DNA of 52,465 nucleotides, the filler included, from Catajapyx aquilonaris (taxonomy: Eukaryota): assembly GCA_000934665.2 (NCBI GenBank). It is 3 parts of 3 records of this genome, joined end to end, with 100 filler letters (N's around TTAATTAATTAA, not from the genome) between each part and the next. Parts side by side here need not be neighbours in the genome. Positions count along the whole stretch, not along the records: positions 1 to 17,404 come from JYFJ02006959.1; 2 more parts are not named here. The stretch is one strand, 5' to 3'. Of the stretch, positions 1 to 11,748 are shown piece after piece; positions within the stretch are counted from its first letter, which is position 1, and each line of letters opens with the position of its first letter. The position numbers and the translations under genes were made by a program. The notes beneath the pieces were generated by a model. That model was not told where the DNA came from. It did not search any database and worked only from the letters and a program-made list of their open reading frames with translations.

Positions 1-260
1 CATCTCTGCCTCTGTCCATGACCGACAGAGGAATGTTGGAACCTGGAATGTGTTGCGTGTCCAGGAACTGAAGGACTATCTACAGAAAGCTTGTTCCCGA
101 CAGACTATGACGACGAAGAAGTGCCATTTGCAGTGTGGGAGCATAATGACCTAATCAAGAGAGCGTCATCAGTTGCTTCTTTTGTAGACAATGAACTTGT
201 CCACTGGACTACGAAAGGAATAACTCATGAACATGTACGGACGATTCAGCGAGAGGCTGT

Positions 261-320
261 GCAGAAGTTGAAGAGGCAGTGCAGAGGTTGAAGAGGCAGT
301 GCAGAGGTTGAAGAGGCAGT
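261..320 (+). repeat. 20-bp tandem triplication (GCAGARGTTGAAGAGGCAGT x3) frameshifting the transposase
   Basis: Copies at 261-280, 281-300 and 301-320. Deleting two copies restores the frame into LHFDFAENW. Confidence 0.9.
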
Positions 321-379
321 GCCAAGATAGTGACTCGCACCTAGTGTTACATTTCGATTTTGCTGAAAATTGGACTGTA

Positions 380-776
380 TGTATGTATGTATGTGTTTCT
401 TTATTTTTCCCAGTGGGCCTGTGGCCCTTACAGGGAGACTACTTCTCCTATACAACAATTATTACAATTTAGGTTTGAGAGTTATACGCTAGTAATTAAA
501 TACACTAACTAGTAATACATATAGTAACACTAAGTACACTGTAACATAATCTTTTTTGACAAAACCATTTATATCAAAACTATATCAGCAAATTTTAATA
601 GGTTAACAGCTCTCTGGAAAAACCTAGTAATTTGGTGTATAAATTGAGGGCCTATATTTCTAAATAGAAGATGAACAGCATTCATCGGGACACCTGGGAG
701 CCCTGGCATGCTTGTGCAGACTGATTGAAAAAAAGGGGCAGATATATAAAAAATGATGCATGGTAAAGGTAAAGGT
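380..776 (-). mobile_element. 5'-truncated LINE 3' end with (TACA)n tail
   Basis: 16-bp TSD TGAAAATTGGACTGTA at 364-379 and 777-792. The minus strand has AATAAA followed by a (TACA)n tail, and a residual zinc-knuckle half MHHFLYICPFF. Confidence 0.85.
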
Positions 777-1155
777 TGAAAATTGGACTGTAATACTTCC
801 CGACGAAATTCAGAGCTACCACTGGGCGAAGACGCAGATCACAGTGTTCACCTGCATGGCATACTTGGGTGACAACGTCATGAGTGTCGCTGTTGGCAGT
901 GACGATACGTCGCATGACTCGGCTCATGCTATTCTAGCGAGAATGAAAGTTGAAGAATCGATTGATTGGGCAGAATATTAGTCGAGTTTCCTATGTGTCC
1001 GATGGTGCACCCAGTCATTTTAAAAGCAGATACCAAAAATATGAACTTGAGCAAAGTGAAATTCCTGAGACGGAATGGGTCTTCACAGCTGCCGGGCATG
1101 GTAAAGGACCCTGCGATGGAGTAGGAGGCCTAGTGAAGCATTTTGTGACAGCGTA

Positions 1156-1625
1156 CAGTGCTGGACACAATAGCATATAACAAGTGTAAACAACGACTTT
1201 GGCGTTACCTGGCAACTGGTCGTGTTCGGACATCGTCATGTGGAGAGTGCTTAGCGTTCTTTCTGTCGTTGCCACTGTTTACAGGTAGAGATTGATGCTG
1301 GGACGAAGGATGTGTGCATGCTTACCAATGCATGGCATCGGAATATTAAAGCGGGCTGAGGGGGATATTATTTTGAGAAGGCGATTCGTTATTATCACAC
1401 TATCGTCACTGTCTTATTCCCACGATGATGGAGTTACGGAATGGCCGGAAAGATGAGAGGGATGTTCTAGTAGTTGGTCCCAGCATCAATCGCTACCTGT
1501 AAACAGTGGCAACGACAGAATGAACGCTAAGCACTCTCCACATGACGATGTCCGAACACGACCAGTTGCCAGGTAACGCCAAAGTCGTTGTTTACACTTG
1601 TTATATGCTATTGTGTCCAGCACTG
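1156..1625. mobile_element. Tc1/mariner-type MITE with ~149-bp TIRs
   Basis: TA|CAGTGCTGGACAC...GTGTCCAGCACTG|TA. Near-perfect inverted arms at 1156-1304 and 1477-1625. Excision restores FVTAY-NLRH of the host transposase. Confidence 0.92.
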
Positions 1626-1712
1626 TACAACTTGCGGCACAGTGCAACAGAGGCAATAAAAACTTCTGGACAGTTCACTGAGGTGCTGCTATCCTCCATC
1701 CCTAATGCACAA

Positions 1713-3161
1713 TAATAATAATAATAATATAATAATAATATTTATTTCCCTATACAAAGTAGTATTTGGAAAGACCATCCCCCTCCAAAACTTACATAAC
1801 AATATCACATAGTTGTAATTTTTTCACTGAATATAAAAAAAAATTATATAAAGAAAAAACCTTTATAGTAGGCATATCTATGAACAAGGTATATACATCA
1901 TCTGGTGGAACCCTCGGAAAATCTCTTATACACTCACGAGCTTCTTGGTAGAAGACACACTCAAACAGGATATGAAAAAGAGAACAACCAACCATATCAT
2001 TACATAAGGAACATATTTCTTCATTGTCAATTTTCATACAGTAACCTTGGATGTAAAGAACTCTGGATTTATTCCTTAAATTTATCATTAATCGCGTTAA
2101 TTTTAGTGGCATCCCCTGATGCAAATAGTTCTCCTGTAAATATCCATTCGAGATTTCAAAATAATGTTTATATGCTCGTGTGTTCTCTAATGCCACACGG
2201 TCCGCCTCGAGTGTATTATCCACAAAGGTTGTAATTAGTTTGTTTACATCAATATCTTCATAATTTGTCAACCAATATTGCCAAGATATTCCAGCGTTTA
2301 TTAACAGCGCTTCTGCACAAGTATACCAATCCCTACACTTTTTCTCTCTCGCACATATTTGGTATTCAAAACCTTGCCTAATTATACTTTCCCTTGGTTC
2401 TCTCATAATTTTTTTAAGAAACTTCAACAATTTTTTTAAAAATTTGTATCGAAATTGGTCTACGTCCTGTTTCATATCTAAGAAAATAACCAGCACTGGA
2501 ACGGGGCAGAGTAAAGAATTTTTTCAAGAAAAAGGTTTGAACACGATCCACATCCTGCATATATTGCAAAGCCCACAGATGTGAGTTATACAATATAGAC
2601 GGCGCTACTTGTGCATCAAACAGGCGAGTTGCAGTATTTAAATTTCTTAATTTTAGTTTAATTAAAGTTGGCCACATCATATTTATCACTTTTTTTTCCT
2701 TTGCTAACAAAATATTGTAATGCTCTACTGAAGCTTCCTGAGGAAGCAAATAATATTCCTAAATATTTATATTCATTTACTATTTGTACTTTTTCTCCAT
2801 CCCAAAAAAAGTTCAAATTTTTGGGCAATTGACCACCTTTCCGAAACACCATCACTTTTGTTTTTGTCAAGTTAAGTTGCAATAAATTTTCTTTTAAATA
2901 ATTTGCGAAAGCCGTGAGTTCTTTCTGTAAATACAGTGGATTTGTTCCCAGCAACACAATATCGTCAGCAAATTGCAAAAAGTTTATATCACCGCTTCCT
3001 GGTCCAAAATTCACTCCCGGTATTTCCTTATCTTGAAACATATTCTTCATATCTGCCACAAATAGATTAAATAATATTGGGCTTAACGGCTCACCCTGTA
3101 GCACTCCTTTCCTTATTGGTATTTGCGTATTGTTATCTTGGGATACAACTGTTGCCCCTTG
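1713..3161 (-). mobile_element. 5'-truncated non-LTR retrotransposon (RT C-terminal half plus CCHC zinc knuckle; RTE-X/L2-like), frameshifted
   Basis: ORFs 2658-3176, 2414-2749 and 1792-2496 contain GVLQGEPLSPILFNLF, LQFADDIVL, YKYLG and CSLC...HILFEC. It ends in an (ATT)n tail. 15-bp TSD ATCCCTAATGCACAA at 1698-1712 and 3162-3176. Confidence 0.93.
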
Positions 3162-3262
3162 ATCCCTAATGCACAAAAGAGTTGGTCAATATTATTCCAG
3201 AAAGGTTTTATGCAGTTATCTATGACAGAAAGTGGTGGATTGGGAAGATACTGGACAACTGC

Positions 3263-3635
3263 TTATTGTGCGGGGAGGGGGAGGAGAATATGGGGCACAT
3301 TGTGAGGGACTGCAGGGTAATGAGGGAGGAGAGGAGGAAATGGATACTGGGGGTGTAAGGGATGGAGGATGAAGAGGTGTATGGTTTTATAAAGAGTGTT
3401 AAAAAAGGGGAGCTCTGTGTAAATATCTGTATGGTATGGCGAAGAAAAGAAAGGATGCAGTTTTGGAAAGACAGGGAGAGGGGGTGAGTGTAAATAGAAT
3501 TTTGCAAGGGGCAAGTGATGTGGACGACTGGAAGGACAATCATGTAAACGTGTAGAGAAGGCGGAGGGTCGGCCAAGCGGCAGGTGCTGCAGGCCGACGA
3601 CATGTAAATAAAGCAAAAAACAAACAAACAAACAA
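3263..3635 (+). mobile_element. 5'-truncated LINE 3' end with (AAAC)n tail
   Basis: 13-bp TSD ACTGGACAACTGC at 3250-3262 and 3636-3648. Encodes a (C)LLCGEGEENMGHIVRDC zinc knuckle. AATAAA is followed by (AAAC)n. Confidence 0.87.
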
Positions 3636-4642
3636 ACTGGACAACTGCGAAGAGGAATGGGATGCTAAAGTTCAGGTCATGCATCCGCTGGGTCCTTCAC
3701 CAACATACTTTTGGCCAACTAAAAATGACTGTTGTTGGGTACCCTACGACAATTTACTCAGAGAAGTACCAGTTCCTTCATCATCATCTGCATCAGGAAG
3801 GACATATGTCATAGATGAAAAGGTTCACAAACACGCATATGGGAATTGGCAACAAGTTGGCTGTGACCCTTCACTGCAAAGGTAAGTAAACAGTGAAATA
3901 TGTTTCAAATATAACATCAGATGGTATTGTAACATTAGAGGGTACAATTTTAACTATTCTGACAAATGTGAGAGCTATTTCAGGTTCAAAGAGACCTTGA
4001 ACTTAGGTATGGAAAGGTTGATTTTGAAGTATAATGTTTACAAATTAATTTTTTATTTGATAACCACAAAAAACACCCTCCTAATTTTTTAAATATAACA
4101 AGTACATGGTTATCTCATTCTACAAAAAAAAAAATCCATACTTGTGTTAGTTATGGTTTGCGATCTGTGGCTTGTTGAAACGACGGATGTATAACGTTAC
4201 TAAAACTCACTTTGCATATGCAGTGGTAATTATCTGCAGCACTTGGCACCACTTTTATACCTTATTTGTAAAGAGAGAAGAAAAAGGTTTAATTTGACAC
4301 CAAAATCAGCCCAATCGGTGAAAAAATAATTAAATTACGAGGATTTTTCTAAACTGACGCAGAAACTCCGACCACTTGAATCGTGACAAATTCGACAGTT
4401 TCAAAAAATTTCTCCTGAACCCAATTTTGGACCAAAAAATTTTGAACAAAAAATTTGATGTCAGTTCATACGTAACTGCTCATGTTAAAATTTTGAAAAA
4501 CATCTGATGAGATGTGAGAGTACATGGCACCAGGTGATCTGGCGTGGAATGACCCTCACACAACCAGCCCTGAGTGACTGCTAGCCTGTAAGAAGCACTG
4601 GCACTGTTATTTTCACAGCTTTTCAATGCATCAGTACTTCCC

Positions 4643-4751
4643 ACTAAATCATTGTGATATAATACTTTAAGGCTTGGCAGCAATTTGGAGGATGTATTAC
4701 ATGTAAGGGAAGTCTTCCCTAATGTACCCGTCTGGGTGAGTGGGAATAAAC

Positions 4752-4821
<70 letters not shown>

Positions 4822-4822
4822 G
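4643..4822 (+). mobile_element. Short LINE 3' end insertion with long (ATT)n tail
   Basis: 16-bp TSD TGCATCAGTACTTCCC at 4627-4642 and 4823-4838. GGGAATAAA is followed by a ~70-bp (ATT)n run. The 3' end resembles that of the 1713-3161 LINE. Confidence 0.85.
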
Positions 4823-6072
4823 TGCATCAGTACTTCCCCAGCATTGATATCGATAGGTGAGCCACTCAATAAAAAAGTGTACACTGGAGCACTGGAATGA
4901 CCATTATACCCTTAATTGACAACCATAATTTCATTTGATACATGCCTCACCCAAGTGCCTCCATCAGGTAGCCCTCTTCCTTCCATTGGGTGGCTCATTA
5001 GGCTCAATTGAGGCAGAGCTTCATGACACCCTGGGTAGGAAGGTGGTGGTGCCCATGTGTGTTCCAGCTCTGACTGCCTACCTGACATCCCTGATCCCAC
5101 CCCCATCTGCTTCCAGATGCTGCTGCTGCTGCCTCAGTGGCTGCAGATCTCTTCATCTAGGCATGATCAACCTTCCAACAGCACGATTCCAATTCTAGCC
5201 CCTTCGCCCCTACATCACCAAGCAACAACTGACACCTACAAAAATCCAGAGTAAAAATAATTAATAAAACTCGTATCATTCCACCATAACATTCAAGGCT
5301 CATAAAAACATACATGAGCGAAGAGCTAAAGAGTAAATTCAAAATGCCAAAGAAACAATTTAGCAATCCAATCAGAAGCCAACCCTGATTGTTTGTGGTT
5401 TTCCTATTGGATGGAGAATACCTTTTACCATTGGCATTCTTGCTTACATGCTTGCTAATTCTGAGCATGCAGCAGGTAGAGCATAGACATTTAGTACGTA
5501 GCTGTCATTATTTGTAAAATATTTTGTACTTAACTTCAGAATACGTTTAAGCAAAAATCTAGGGGAGCTGGTACTCTGCAATGTCATTTTTGGAAATTAA
5601 TTTAGGGACTCCTGGATGTGGAAAATCATTACACACACATACATTGTGCAGAACATATAAGTAGAGCTGTATTATTCATAAATTATCTTGACCTTATCTT
5701 CAGAGTATGTGTAAGCGAAAATCTAGCAGATGACAATATAGCTGGTAGTGAAGGGGTTTAAGGTTTCATGGAAATAATAAAACTTATAATAGATTTTTAC
5801 TTCGTCTTCTGGAAAAGGTGGTACATATATTTCTATACTTGCGAAACATATTTACATTCTTTCGAATTTCTGTTTCCATTTTTTTTTTTTTTTTGCTGAT
5901 GGAAGGATAACCCACAACATGGATAATCTGCACCTGGATAATTTGGAGCACAATGTAATTGGAGAGGAAGTACTCAAACTCAATAGGTGTGGTCCTCTTA
6001 GCCCTCGAGTCCAAATTCATTATTTGCGTACCACATAAACAAGCCTAGGCTGATATCTCCAAAAAATAAAAA

Positions 6073-6146
<74 letters not shown>

Positions 6147-6148
6147 TG

Positions 6149-6420
6149 AAGCAGTTTGGTGGAGTGGCTACAGGGTCCGACTGCTAATCGGGAGGTCCTG
6201 GGTTCGAATCCCGGTGCCGGCAACTCTAACCGTGGTTTTCTGTGGTTTCCCACGGTCCCTCCAGGAGAATTCTGGAGTTGTTTCCTAAATTAATAGGCCA
6301 CAGCCGCCTCCTTCCTTCCCTATCCTATCCCAAAAAGCAAAGTAAAAATGTACGCAAGAGTTCCAGACAAAACAAAAATCCCCCCTAAAGAGCCGAAAAA
6401 TGCTGAAAACAGGGTAAGAT
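6149..6420 (+). mobile_element. tRNA-derived SINE, family A (copy 1), embedded in (AAT)n
   Basis: A-box TGGTGGAGTGG and B-box GGTTCGAATCC. The body GTGGTTTTCTGTGGTTTCCC...TAGGCCACAGCCGCC resembles the arthropod Talua/Lm1-type SINE cores I recall. A second copy lies at 12023-12251. (AAT)n flanks both sides. Confidence 0.82.
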
Positions 6421-7319
6421 ATTATATTATATAATAATAATAATAATAACAACAATAATAATAATAAGCACTAAAAAAACCACACACACATTGGGTGCAG
6501 GATCAAAGCAGTTACTGTGAACAACAAACGAGACTTATACTTTGACCAGAAACCAGTCGTATACTGCGACAGAAACAACTCAATCCTGGAGATCCTACCT
6601 TTCCAGCAGCCAGCATATTCTCATATTCTAATCTTCTTTCAGTAAATTGACCTCTACGTCTCAGGGAGCAGCTTATTGGTCTGAGTTGAAGAAATCACAC
6701 AAACGGCAAATGAGCATACTTTACAATCCCCATATATATAAAGCTCAATATTTGTACGTATTAATTATGTCACGCCTCATTAAGCCACTTCCCGGGTACG
6801 GAGAGCGCTCAAATTTCCCAGAGCCATGTCTTACATATCACTGACCCCGAGAAAAGTCCCAAACCAGAACTTTTTTGAGTCTAAGGGGGGTTTTCAGCAG
6901 ATTAAGCAATTGCCTAGCAACCCTCGCTGTCAACAAGCCCAAAGGATGGATCTGCCTCTCTCACTCACGTTCTAAAATGAAATCAACATTGCATATTCAA
7001 CAATGAAAACAATAGAACAACGGGCAGGTTGGCAAGAATAATAATAATTTATTGCAGTACACGTAGGGTATTGTAACAATTAACGGTTGGAGTACTGCGG
7101 GGAGTGCCGAGATCAACAATACCGAACAATACAGTACTGTACAGTGCATATCGATAGAACCTGCCACAAGGCACCAGGAAACACAGAGGAAAGAAGAGCA
7201 GGTAGATACGTTCGTGTGTTTGGTCTCAGAAGTGTTGGAGTCATGCCTTCATGTTCAAATTGTGTTATCATCAAATATTTAAAAAAAAAATCCGATACAA
7301 AATTTTCAAATGTAATTTT

Positions 7320-7529
7320 AAAACCGGGGTTAATGCGAAACGGCGTAAAATGGAGCGGCGTAAAACGGGTACTTCCCGCATGGGAAATCTTTCTTGGCCA
7401 CTTCACAACCAGCAAGCTATCATAATTTCCATGTTATCACAATTTTTCAATTTAAAAATTTTATGATGTCATTTTCAAACCGGCGTGTAGAACGGCGTAA
7501 AATGGAGGGATGTAAAACGGGTACTACTG
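7320..7529. mobile_element. pogo/Tigger-like MITE terminal fragment
   Basis: Repeated subterminal CGGCGTAAAA units ending ...GTACTACTG|TA. No matching other end was found. Confidence 0.5.
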
Positions 7530-7669
7530 TATTATATTGATAATAATTGGACGGTGTTATGCAGTAAAGTCTCAACCCACACGAGAACAGTTTTGAGAAA
7601 AAGGGCTTTGAAGGTCAATACCTGTGAAATTATATTCAGTGTTCTTTTCGGTCATTTATGGCAGAAGTA

Positions 7670-7831
7670 CAGTACTGGCCAATAATGGAGGCAACGACTA
7701 GCGATATTTTCCCGAAGCGGCAGAAGAAGGAATCGAACATAAGCATGCTAGAAGCCGGGCGAGCAAGATTCCTTCTTCTGCCGCTTCGGGAAAATGTTGC
7801 TAGTCGTTGCCTCGATTATTGGCCAGCACTG
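7670..7831. mobile_element. Tc1/mariner-type hairpin MITE
   Basis: TA|CAGTACTGGCCAATAAT...ATTATTGGCCAGCACTG|TA with ~65-bp inverted arms. Termini resemble the 1156-1625 MITE. Confidence 0.87.
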
Positions 7832-7890
7832 TACGTATATGCAGATTTCTCTTGCGTGATTTTAACTGAATGAAGTAGGATCCTTTAGGT

Positions 7891-8106
7891 CAGCGGTTCT
7901 TAGCCTGGGGTGCCCACACCTCCAGGGGGTGCAAGGTGGCTTCCCTGGGGGTGCGAGCAAGGTGCACCTCTGGACTTAATCTAACCAAGAGATAATAACT
8001 GGTCTAACTATGAAATCACCCCTGGTAAAGGAGGTGCGACAACAGACAAGGACCAATATATTGTCTGCAAAGGGGTGCGGAGGCCCGAAAAGGTTAAGAA
8101 CCTCTG
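7891..8106. mobile_element. hAT-type MITE
   Basis: TIRs CAGCGGTTCTTAGCCT / AGGTTAAGAACCTCTG. Perfect 8-bp TSD CTTTAGGT (7883-7890, 8107-8114). Confidence 0.9.
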
Positions 8107-8324
8107 CTTTAGGTGTATGTTCCTGGGCTTGGCTCAATTTTGACATTTTTGTGGGTTGACCCATTATTTCATTTATTTCACTGTCCAATTTTCCCTCTGC
8201 TTTCGATCACATCTGTACACGTTGACTGACACCAAGTTCAACATATGTACCAGACACTACACACGGGTTTGCTGCTATAAATAAATAAATAAATTATCTA
8301 ATTTTATTTATTTATTTATTTATT

Positions 8325-8548
8325 TTATTTACCCCGTGATACAACTACTTGGTCGTTATAGGGGGGTGGCAGACCACCATACAGTTTTCTAATTGTTTTT
8401 ACTTCGATCACCGGTGCAAGGATTACTAGGAAATAGGGTAAGGGTTGGGGATTGCAAGCGAAAGGTTTGCTCCCGGGTGGGGATTTGAACCCGGGACCTT
8501 TCGCATAGCAAGCCGAGACATTACCATCTCGGCCACTGTGCCTCCCCC
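8325..8548 (-). mobile_element. tRNA-derived SINE, family B
   Basis: Minus-strand head GGGGAGGCACAGTGGCCGAGATGGTAA...GGGTTCAAATCCC (A/B boxes) with no pairing acceptor stem, followed by an unrelated body and an (AATA)n-type tail. Confidence 0.72.
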
Positions 8549-8585
8549 ATAAATAAATTACTAAATTAATAACATATTTTGATAA

Positions 8586-9127
8586 TCTACATATGTAAGG
8601 CAAAAAAATAAAATTTGTTTGCCTGTGGCAACAGAATTTTGTTGGGGATTACCATAGAAACAGGCCTGTAAATGGTTTCAAATTTTGCACTTCTCCCGAT
8701 GTTTTTATCCAAATTTTTTATGTCCCCTCCCCCCAATGTATCTCCACCTTGCCGTGGTGGTGGGATTTCGTTTTCCCATGATCCTGAAGAGCTATGCCAG
8801 CGGTAGTTTCGTCTACTGGTAGGGCCGTCCAAGTCGGACAGGTCTTTGGGATAGGAGACAGACTAGGAGAGATACCAGTCTTTCCTCTCTGTTCCTCTTT
8901 GTTTCTCTCTCCATCTGTCCCACCTTTTTGTATTCTGATAACCACATAGCCATAGTTGCGTGGCTCTTTTTTACGCAAACAAACCAGAATTTTTACACCC
9001 TTCCAGTGCCTACATATGCAAGGGAATGAGCAGTTTTGCATTTAATATTGCTTGAGATCTAAGAAGATTTCGGTGTAATTATCCACGCTCTTTTTTTCCC
9101 CGTGCGAAGAACGGGTACCGCTGCTAG
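8586..9127 (+). mobile_element. Non-autonomous Helitron carrying a nested retro-insertion
   Basis: A|TCTACATATGTAA...TTTGTTTG 5' end. The 3' hairpin CCCGTGCGAAGAACGGG is followed by CTAG|T. The same hairpin recurs at 26642-26658. Confidence 0.75.
8723..8972 (+). mobile_element. Non-autonomous retroelement with RTE-like 5' UTR head (copy 1)
   Basis: CACCTTGCCGTGGTG...GAGCTATGCC...GGTAGGGCC...CAGGTC...GAGACAGAC. Homologous along its length to 15833-16105. Boundaries approximate. Confidence 0.7.
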
Positions 9128-9436
9128 TTGAATAATATTATGGACCAATTCGGGGCACTTGTCACTTAATGGGGGGGGTCTGGGGGGCCCTTCTTAACAA
9201 CAGGGATGCATTGGGGAAGATTGATAATGCTCAAAAATTTGGTAAAAATTCCTCAAAATATAAGAAACATTAGCAGTCTCCTCATATATGTGTCCAACCT
9301 CACTTCTCAAGTGCATGTCATGAATCACTGTCTGCGCCCACAAAAAATTAACTGACCCGTCAACCAACCACTTGCAAGATATTAAATTCACCAAGCCCCA
9401 GCTCCAACCATGCTTCCCCGAATCAAATTCCCTTAA

Positions 9437-10009
9437 CCCTGGAACCGTGCCGTGCCTACGAGTATTACGGCAACCGTGCCGTGGGGTCTTTTCGGACCCC
9501 ACCATATTTTAATTTTTATTAATTATTATATAATACTTTTCAATGTATTGACTATATACAATCATTCTTTGAACAATGCCTAAAATGATCGCTAATTCAA
9601 AATAAACCTGCACTTCCTGTTTTATACTGGGTTCAGTGGGGCTTAACGTTGGCCTATTTCTGTCTCTAAGCCTCAACACCTACACCAGGGGGTGGTCCCC
9701 TGGAAATTTGGCCACTCTGGGGATCTTTAACGCGCAATGTCACAAGCACACGGGACTGACGGCTTTACTTCCCCTCCGAAGGAAGGCGCACTCTCAGTTT
9801 TCTACCACCCGGAGGAAAGTCACCAACCTCAGCCAGGTTCGAACCCACAACTTTGGGTCTAGAGGCGAGCGCGCTAACCACTAGTCCACCAAGGCCGGCT
9901 TCCTGTTATATAGCCTACTGTAAAAAAATGCCAAAAGTTCATTGTAATGATCATTTTAATGCATTTTTTTCCTTGGGGTCCAAAAAGACCCCACGGCACG
10001 GTTCCAGGG
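9437..10009. mobile_element. piggyBac-type MITE (copy 1) with nested SINE
   Basis: TTAA|CCCTGGAACCGTGCCGTG...CACGGCACGGTTCCAGGG|TTAA. A SINE-free sister copy lies at 12907-13150. Confidence 0.88.
9627..9898 (-). mobile_element. tRNA-derived SINE, family C (copy 1)
   Basis: Head TGGTGGACTAGTGGTTAGCGCGCTCGCC...GGTTCGAACC. ~14-bp TSD CTTCCTGTT(T/A)TATA at 9613-9626 and 9899-9912. Homologous to 50103-50376. The body resembles the Nin/Deu-domain SINE cores I recall. Confidence 0.85.
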
Positions 10010-10979
10010 TTAACACACCTTTGACAAGCCCACCTTTCCCACTACCATATTGCTGACATAGCACATAGGGTGGCACAATCCAAGTATTAAAAGTGGCATT
10101 ATCACTCAACCAGCTTAGCTACAAAAACATGTGAAGAAGAAATGTTCCACTCACATTAACTAAGCATTTCGCCCCTTCCCAACACCCAAGGGTGCCCACC
10201 CAACCCCTGACTCAACTCAGCAGTAACGTCTAAACTCTAAACTCCATGAGTCCATGGCAGCAGCACTATTCACACGTAGCCACTGGCCACTCTCTCATTC
10301 AATCATGTGTATTTCGAAAAGTGGCCAGTTGCTGCCACTAAAAGTGGCCACGTGTGAACCGAGACATTGTCATTTGTCAGACTCGTGGTCACTGGTCAGA
10401 CACCCTTATCTCTATATCTCTAGATCAGTGGTCAGACATCAGACTTGAACTGACGGGCTGGCGGCGCCACTGGCAGTTAAGCCATTAGCGATTCCGGAAC
10501 CCACACTGTTTGGCTCAGGGTCAGACGGTCGGTCGGCCAGCCGTGAACCAATAGTGTGGCTTCCGGAATATATTCCGTAAGTCACACCACCTGGCTTGAG
10601 GTCGCACTCGCACGGCCCGTGTCGCGGTTTCAGACTTACGGCAGCTGCTGGTATAATAGGCCAAAGAAACTTCACATTTTCGCCCGGACATTACAAAATG
10701 AGCCGAAAAATGTAATACAAAACGACGCTGCAAAAGTGCATCAGGCTTGCAGGAACATGATAGTCTACAGTTCACATGAACAGGGTGACTATGAGAGTGA
10801 CAGTGTAATGGAGCAGCAACTTCACATTTTCCCCAATATATGGCATTCAGACAATTTATTTAACATGGCCATCGGGGTCAATAAGGGTGACAGTTAATGT
10901 TGTTGTCGTTGTTGTGTAGACTGCTTCACTGGCCAGCATACCTTGATTTAACCACGAACTAATTAATTTAACTCATGAG

Positions 10980-11327
10980 CAGTTGCCGGATTTATCCCCT
11001 CGGCCGTGCCCCTAGACAGTTGAGATCCGCCGCTTCAAATTTTAATTTCTTTTGTGGAGTTCTCTCCTTCATTTCATTTTATTTTATACAAATTTTATAT
11101 TCCAAAACTCTTTAAACTTATACGGCCGTCCCCGGAGGGCGGCCGCCCTTAGGCTTTCCTGCCTAGTGGCAAATCCGGCAATGGGAACCCCCCTACGAAA
11201 TTTGTGAAATTTTTTAATGATTTCGCCTTTATTTCTTATTATTGTAGCCTATTTGAAAAATATTCATTGCAACTTGCAGCCGTCCCTAGGCAATTTCCAA
11301 CTCTGCCCAATAGTAAATCCGGCGCTG
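10980..11327. mobile_element. Degenerate/nested hAT-like MITE ends
   Basis: CAGTTGCCGGATTTA at the left, TAAATCCGGCGCTG at the right, and an internal AAATCCGGCAATG. No clean TSD. Confidence 0.5.
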
Positions 11328-11400
11328 CTTCCAGTCGCGTAATTATTTATTATTAATTTTTCGCATTGCGTCAACTCACGATTTATTGCGTTGTTCCGGA

Positions 11401-11709
11401 GTGCTATTCAGATATGTACAGGTTTCGCTGTATACATTATAAATATACAGTACAATGAATGCTGTCCACAATGGACCCTGAACATAACGGAAACTTGCCT
11501 ATTGTGGATTTTTTCTGGTAACTGGCGTATGGAAAGTACATGATTTCCGCGTTGAGTATAGCGGAAATTGTGTAATTTTCATACGCCAGTTACCAGAAAA
11601 ATTCCGCTATAGGTAAGTTTCCATTACACACGTGGTCCGTTGTGGACAGGATTCATTGTACGGTATATTTATATGTATACAGCGAAACCTGTACATATCT
11701 GAATAGCAC
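11401..11709. repeat. ~310-bp foldback (near-complete palindrome), probably a MITE
   Basis: GTGCTATTCAGATATGTACAGGTTTCGCTGTATAC... pairs with ...GTATACAGCGAAACCTGTACATATCTGAATAGCAC. The inner arms TTTTCTGGTAACTGGCGTATG / CATACGCCAGTTACCAGAAAA also pair. Confidence 0.85.
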
Positions 11710-11748
11710 GCGACTCTGAAATTCCGCAATGAACACGTTTCCTTTATA

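Larger units (their letters stand above)
1..4481 (+). mobile_element. Fossil Sola2-like DNA transposon (interrupted transposase; left end outside window)
   Basis: Removing the nested insertions and the 20-bp triplication restores ...HEHVRTIQREAVQKLKRQCQDSDSHLVLHFDFAENWTVILPDEIQSYHW...YVSDGAPSHFKSRY...FTAAGHGKGPCDGVGGLVKHFVTAYNLRH...YAVIYDRKWWIGKIL...MHPLGPSPTYFWPTKNDCCWVP. DFAEN / SDG / HGKGPCDG fit the catalytic triad I recall for Sola2 transposases. There is a frameshift near 970. The right end is tentatively at ...TAACTGCTC (4481). Confidence 0.72.

Noticed and set aside
261..320. CRISPR-like direct repeats (also 32073-32135)
   Set aside because: These are contiguous tandem copies without spacers, in an intron-containing eukaryotic genome with no cas genes.
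3220..3684. 154-aa and 122-aa minus-strand ORFs
   Set aside because: They are antisense to a purine-rich LINE 3' fragment bounded by a TSD.
4480..4900. Poly-Asn / poly-Leu ORFs (also 6020-6253 and the Lys/Phe-rich ORFs at 16586-16945)
   Set aside because: These are translations of (ATT)n microsatellite tails and T-rich low-complexity DNA.
6151..6220. tRNA gene (GCT anticodon-like) candidates here and at 8470-8548, 9830-9898, 12178-12246, 50103-50170
   Set aside because: None has a pairing acceptor stem, and each continues into a SINE-like body, several with TSDs or tails. They are SINE heads.
8856..8880. ACAGACTA...AGATACCAGTC resembling group I intron R and S elements
   Set aside because: The two motifs are only a few nt apart, leaving no room for P3/P8, and they are not preserved in copy 2.
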